A DNA stretch of 64,000 nt from Fimbriosthenelais zetlandica (Eukaryota). Made by a program: the position numbers and the translations under genes. The number at the start of each line of letters is the position of its first letter. Position 1 is the stretch's first letter. Positions 60,801 to 64,000 of the stretch are shown here, in pieces. The stretch lies in the NCBI GenBank assembly GCA_977030845.1, contig OZ365113.1:12834001-12898000 (forward strand), read 5' to 3'. Under the pieces are notes generated by a model. The model saw only the letters and a list, made by a program, of their open reading frames with translations. It made no database searches and had not been told where the DNA came from.

Positions 60801-63800
60801 GAATTTCTGAATGCCTAACAATTCCTTGCATGTGAATTCTATATGCCAAGATAGAATGATATGATAGAATCCGACCACTGCATTATAGCACCAGTTTCTT
60901 GAAATACCAGGGAAGGACAAAATGGGATAAGTATTAAAAGAGGGAGATGCCTGATCCACTACATATATATAAGTATATTAAAGACCATAGGCAGATACCA
61001 GTTCAGCCTTTGACCATGCTGGAAATGTTATTACATTTTTTCTCCCTGGATTGCCAATGGAGCGATATGAATGTGCAATAACTCTACGCCGTTAGTAGCG
61101 GGCACCATGTATTGACAAAGGCTAGCTTTCTGCATTGAGTCAAAATGGATTGTTACCATGGCAACTAGCATCTTGGAAATGTCATCTTGATAGGTTGGTG
61201 TTTGAATGAAGGGTGGGTATGAGGGGTGGGTAGATGGTGGGGGTGGGGGGTGAGAAAAAGAGGGTGAAAGAAGTAGGTCTGTGTAAAGTGTGGGGGGGGG
61301 GGGGGTAAAGGAGGGAGGGATAGGCTACATGGAGGTAGGCATGGAGAGATGGGGAGAGGGGGGAAGAGGAAGGAGGGGAGGCAGACTTTGGAATATAGAT
61401 CTAGGTATCGCATGACATTAGATTGCTGAATCATTATTCATTCGCAAATGTCAAGAGCCCGTCCATGCGTGAAATTAGCACACAATGGCAAAACATGTGA
61501 ATTACAAGTCTGCTTGGGCGGAACAAGTTAGGACAGAGCCGAATGGCTGGTGCCAGTTATTATACCACTGCCAGTCGACACTTAATTTGATGGAGAAGAT
61601 CTTCCCAAGCAAAAGCAACAAGACTTCTTTGGATACCAGGCAGGGGATAAAATATTCCATGGCATCTTCAAGTCCTAACAAATTAAGCACATTATAAGTG
61701 GAAGTAGGCACTACAGCATTGGCTCTCTTTCTCTCTTCCGTCTCCCTTTTAAAGGCAAAGTGTTGGTGGCCAAGATATTAATCCCATCAAGGGAATATTG
61801 AGACAATACTCTCAATATAGATCACATAAAGAAAAAAGCCAGCCTTTGATGCCCTTACGATACCTCCATCAAAATACCCGAGTCACGTGATCCTTTTAAG
61901 GCTATAAATAGGTCAGCGATTGGTGCGCCCCCTATCAAAGGAAAAGAGGGGCTTAGATCATATCGCCCAAGGACATTGCTTATGTGTCTTGCCCAAACAT
62001 GGCCGGCTCTCTTTTGGGAATAAATTTTATCGCTCCCAAGGAAAAAAAATACACTACTACAATACAAGTATGCGTAGACTGGTATATTTTTAATAGCAGG
62101 TATTAAATGATTTGATCAGTTTAATACACCCTGAATATCGCTATAGTCTTGCTTCCTTGTAAGGAAATGGTAATAGGAAAAGGGAATGATACCAGCCTGA
62201 TGGGGACGGTTGATTGGGGACTTGGAACAGCTGGAGTGCAAAACAGGATCATAGATGAATGGAGTGAAGGGATGGAGATTAAATTTCTGCCCCTTTGTTC
62301 TCGATCACCCGCACGGCGGTTTTTGGATCAGGGTGTCGCAGGATGGCAGGATGGGCAAAGTGGGGTCAGTCTTTTTGGCCGTGTCGTTTGGACGATCCCA
62401 GTGATCATCCCTATTCCTTTCAGATCAATCAGAGATCAATGGGTGGCTAACATCAAGCAGGGAGCTGACTGCTTGATCAGGGCGATAATAGAGGCAAGGA
62501 GCAATGTTTGTGAAGTGACGTCAAACAAGAGCAGACGACAAGAAGGGCCAATCCCGGCGCTTTAGTACTTCAAGCACCGTTTAGCATTACGCCTCGATAG
62601 TTTGGCAATCAAGCCGGGAGATTATTTGCTAAAATACTAAAACGATTCTGGGTCACTGCAATGTAAAGAAACTAAAAGAGCTGTTGCTGGCAGCAGCTCA
62701 GATATAAGCAACTAATTATTTACAACACCCATCACATGTCTGACCCTTTCCTGAAAATGTGAAATTTCCATATAGGGCACAGACTCTACGGGACTAGTGT
62801 AGTTCATATAATGTAATTGGACTAACCTTCATGTTCTGTGAGTAAATCTGTGAATCAAAGCATTGAGAAATGTATAGGATTATGCAGGGATATACATGGA
62901 CATAAGCAACTATAATATATGGTTAAATAATATCAACTGGAACAAATGATTCGGGATCTTAAATTGAAATATGGATGAATAACTGGAATTGCTCCCATCA
63001 TTTTCAAAAGAATCGCACTTACGTCATTCTAGTAATACGTTTCCCTTTGAAGTTAAATTGAAAAAGGAAACATGGGGGGAATAGATGACTTTTCCATAAA
63101 TAAGTTCTTAACAGTGCATCCAAGATAATAACTTTGGAACAAGTTCTCCATTAGACCAATATTACAAATTTAAAAAAAGCCTGATGCCGATCCATAAAAG
63201 TTTAATCACAAGAGTTTGAATTATACGCTTGGGATTCTTATGGGAGAACTGACTGTAATATGTTGCACTGCGGGCATTATTAAATCTTGCTAAAAGCTTT
63301 TATCGAGGGCAAGCTTTTTATCCTTCAAGGTCGTTCTCCCACCCATCTCCAACCCCCCAGATATTGATCGCATCCCGGCTATACACGGAATATTAGATCC
63401 AGAGAAAAGAGACGTTTTTAATCTTGGAATTCCTCTCCATGCACTAAACGCTATTAAATAGACAAATCTAAAGGACCCTGGTTATTCTTTGCAGGAATTG
63501 CTTCATTTCCTAAATGGTCCATAATTCTTGATTTTATATATGCTTCAATATCCTACAACTAGAATACCATCAATATGTCGGTTACCCATGTGAACACTTG
63601 CTATCAGAGCGGAAATAGGAAAGTTATAACACTTATGGAAATAACCGTTCAATAAGCTTTCATTGTTGAATTGCTCACTAAAATGACGCTCAGCTATCAG
63701 AAAATGCATCTTTCGAGAATGAATAATAACATTCAATGTATTTCTCCATCTGCACTTTTGCTCCAGAAATGATGGAGTGGCTTGTTGAACAAAGCCTGGG

Positions 63801-64000
63801 GGATTGAGAACTAGCACGGAGGGAATTATAAATTACAATAAACGTCATAATTATCAGTTGTCCCAAACTATCTGAGTGATAATAACAGTGATATTGCTGC
63901 GATAAGATGAATGTTTTTGTTTATCGGTTTTGGCCTTCCACAGACCTGACTGTAGGTGGTTTGGTTATAGCGACAATACTTCTATTCCCAATCCCAAAGA

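Noticed and set aside
62149-62565. 138-aa plus-strand ORF
   Set aside because: No ATG start, no recognisable motif or splice support; more like GC-richer non-coding DNA.

Overview
Eukaryotic, AT-rich, intron-containing genomic DNA with no prokaryotic features; an invertebrate deuterostome such as an echinoderm is my inference from gene content and sequence style. Two spliced protein-coding genes lie on the minus strand. (1) A TOX-family HMG-box gene: 7 coding exons resolved at 26546-44246 with consistent splice phases; the N-terminal exon(s) are not resolved and a candidate promoter lies at ~53.7-53.9 kb. (2) A TNF-receptor-superfamily type I membrane protein (signal peptide, 2 Cys-rich repeats, ~300-aa acidic stalk, TM helix, cytoplasmic tail) at 51-4309, continuing off the left edge. 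The 5-26 kb interval between them is accessory. It holds nested copies of a modular, probably Helentron-associated repeat family (long arms, ~170-bp units, a higher-order minisatellite, three tRNA-derived modules at a fixed position), a nested-palindrome/TGACAG array, MITEs, decayed transposon fragments, and a string of exon-like segments including 12-63 nt frame-preserving microexons. TOX introns and upstream DNA are mostly non-coding and motif-rich (RFX X-boxes, CTCF-like, kB-like and TCF sites). All assignments were made by eye; no database search was run.
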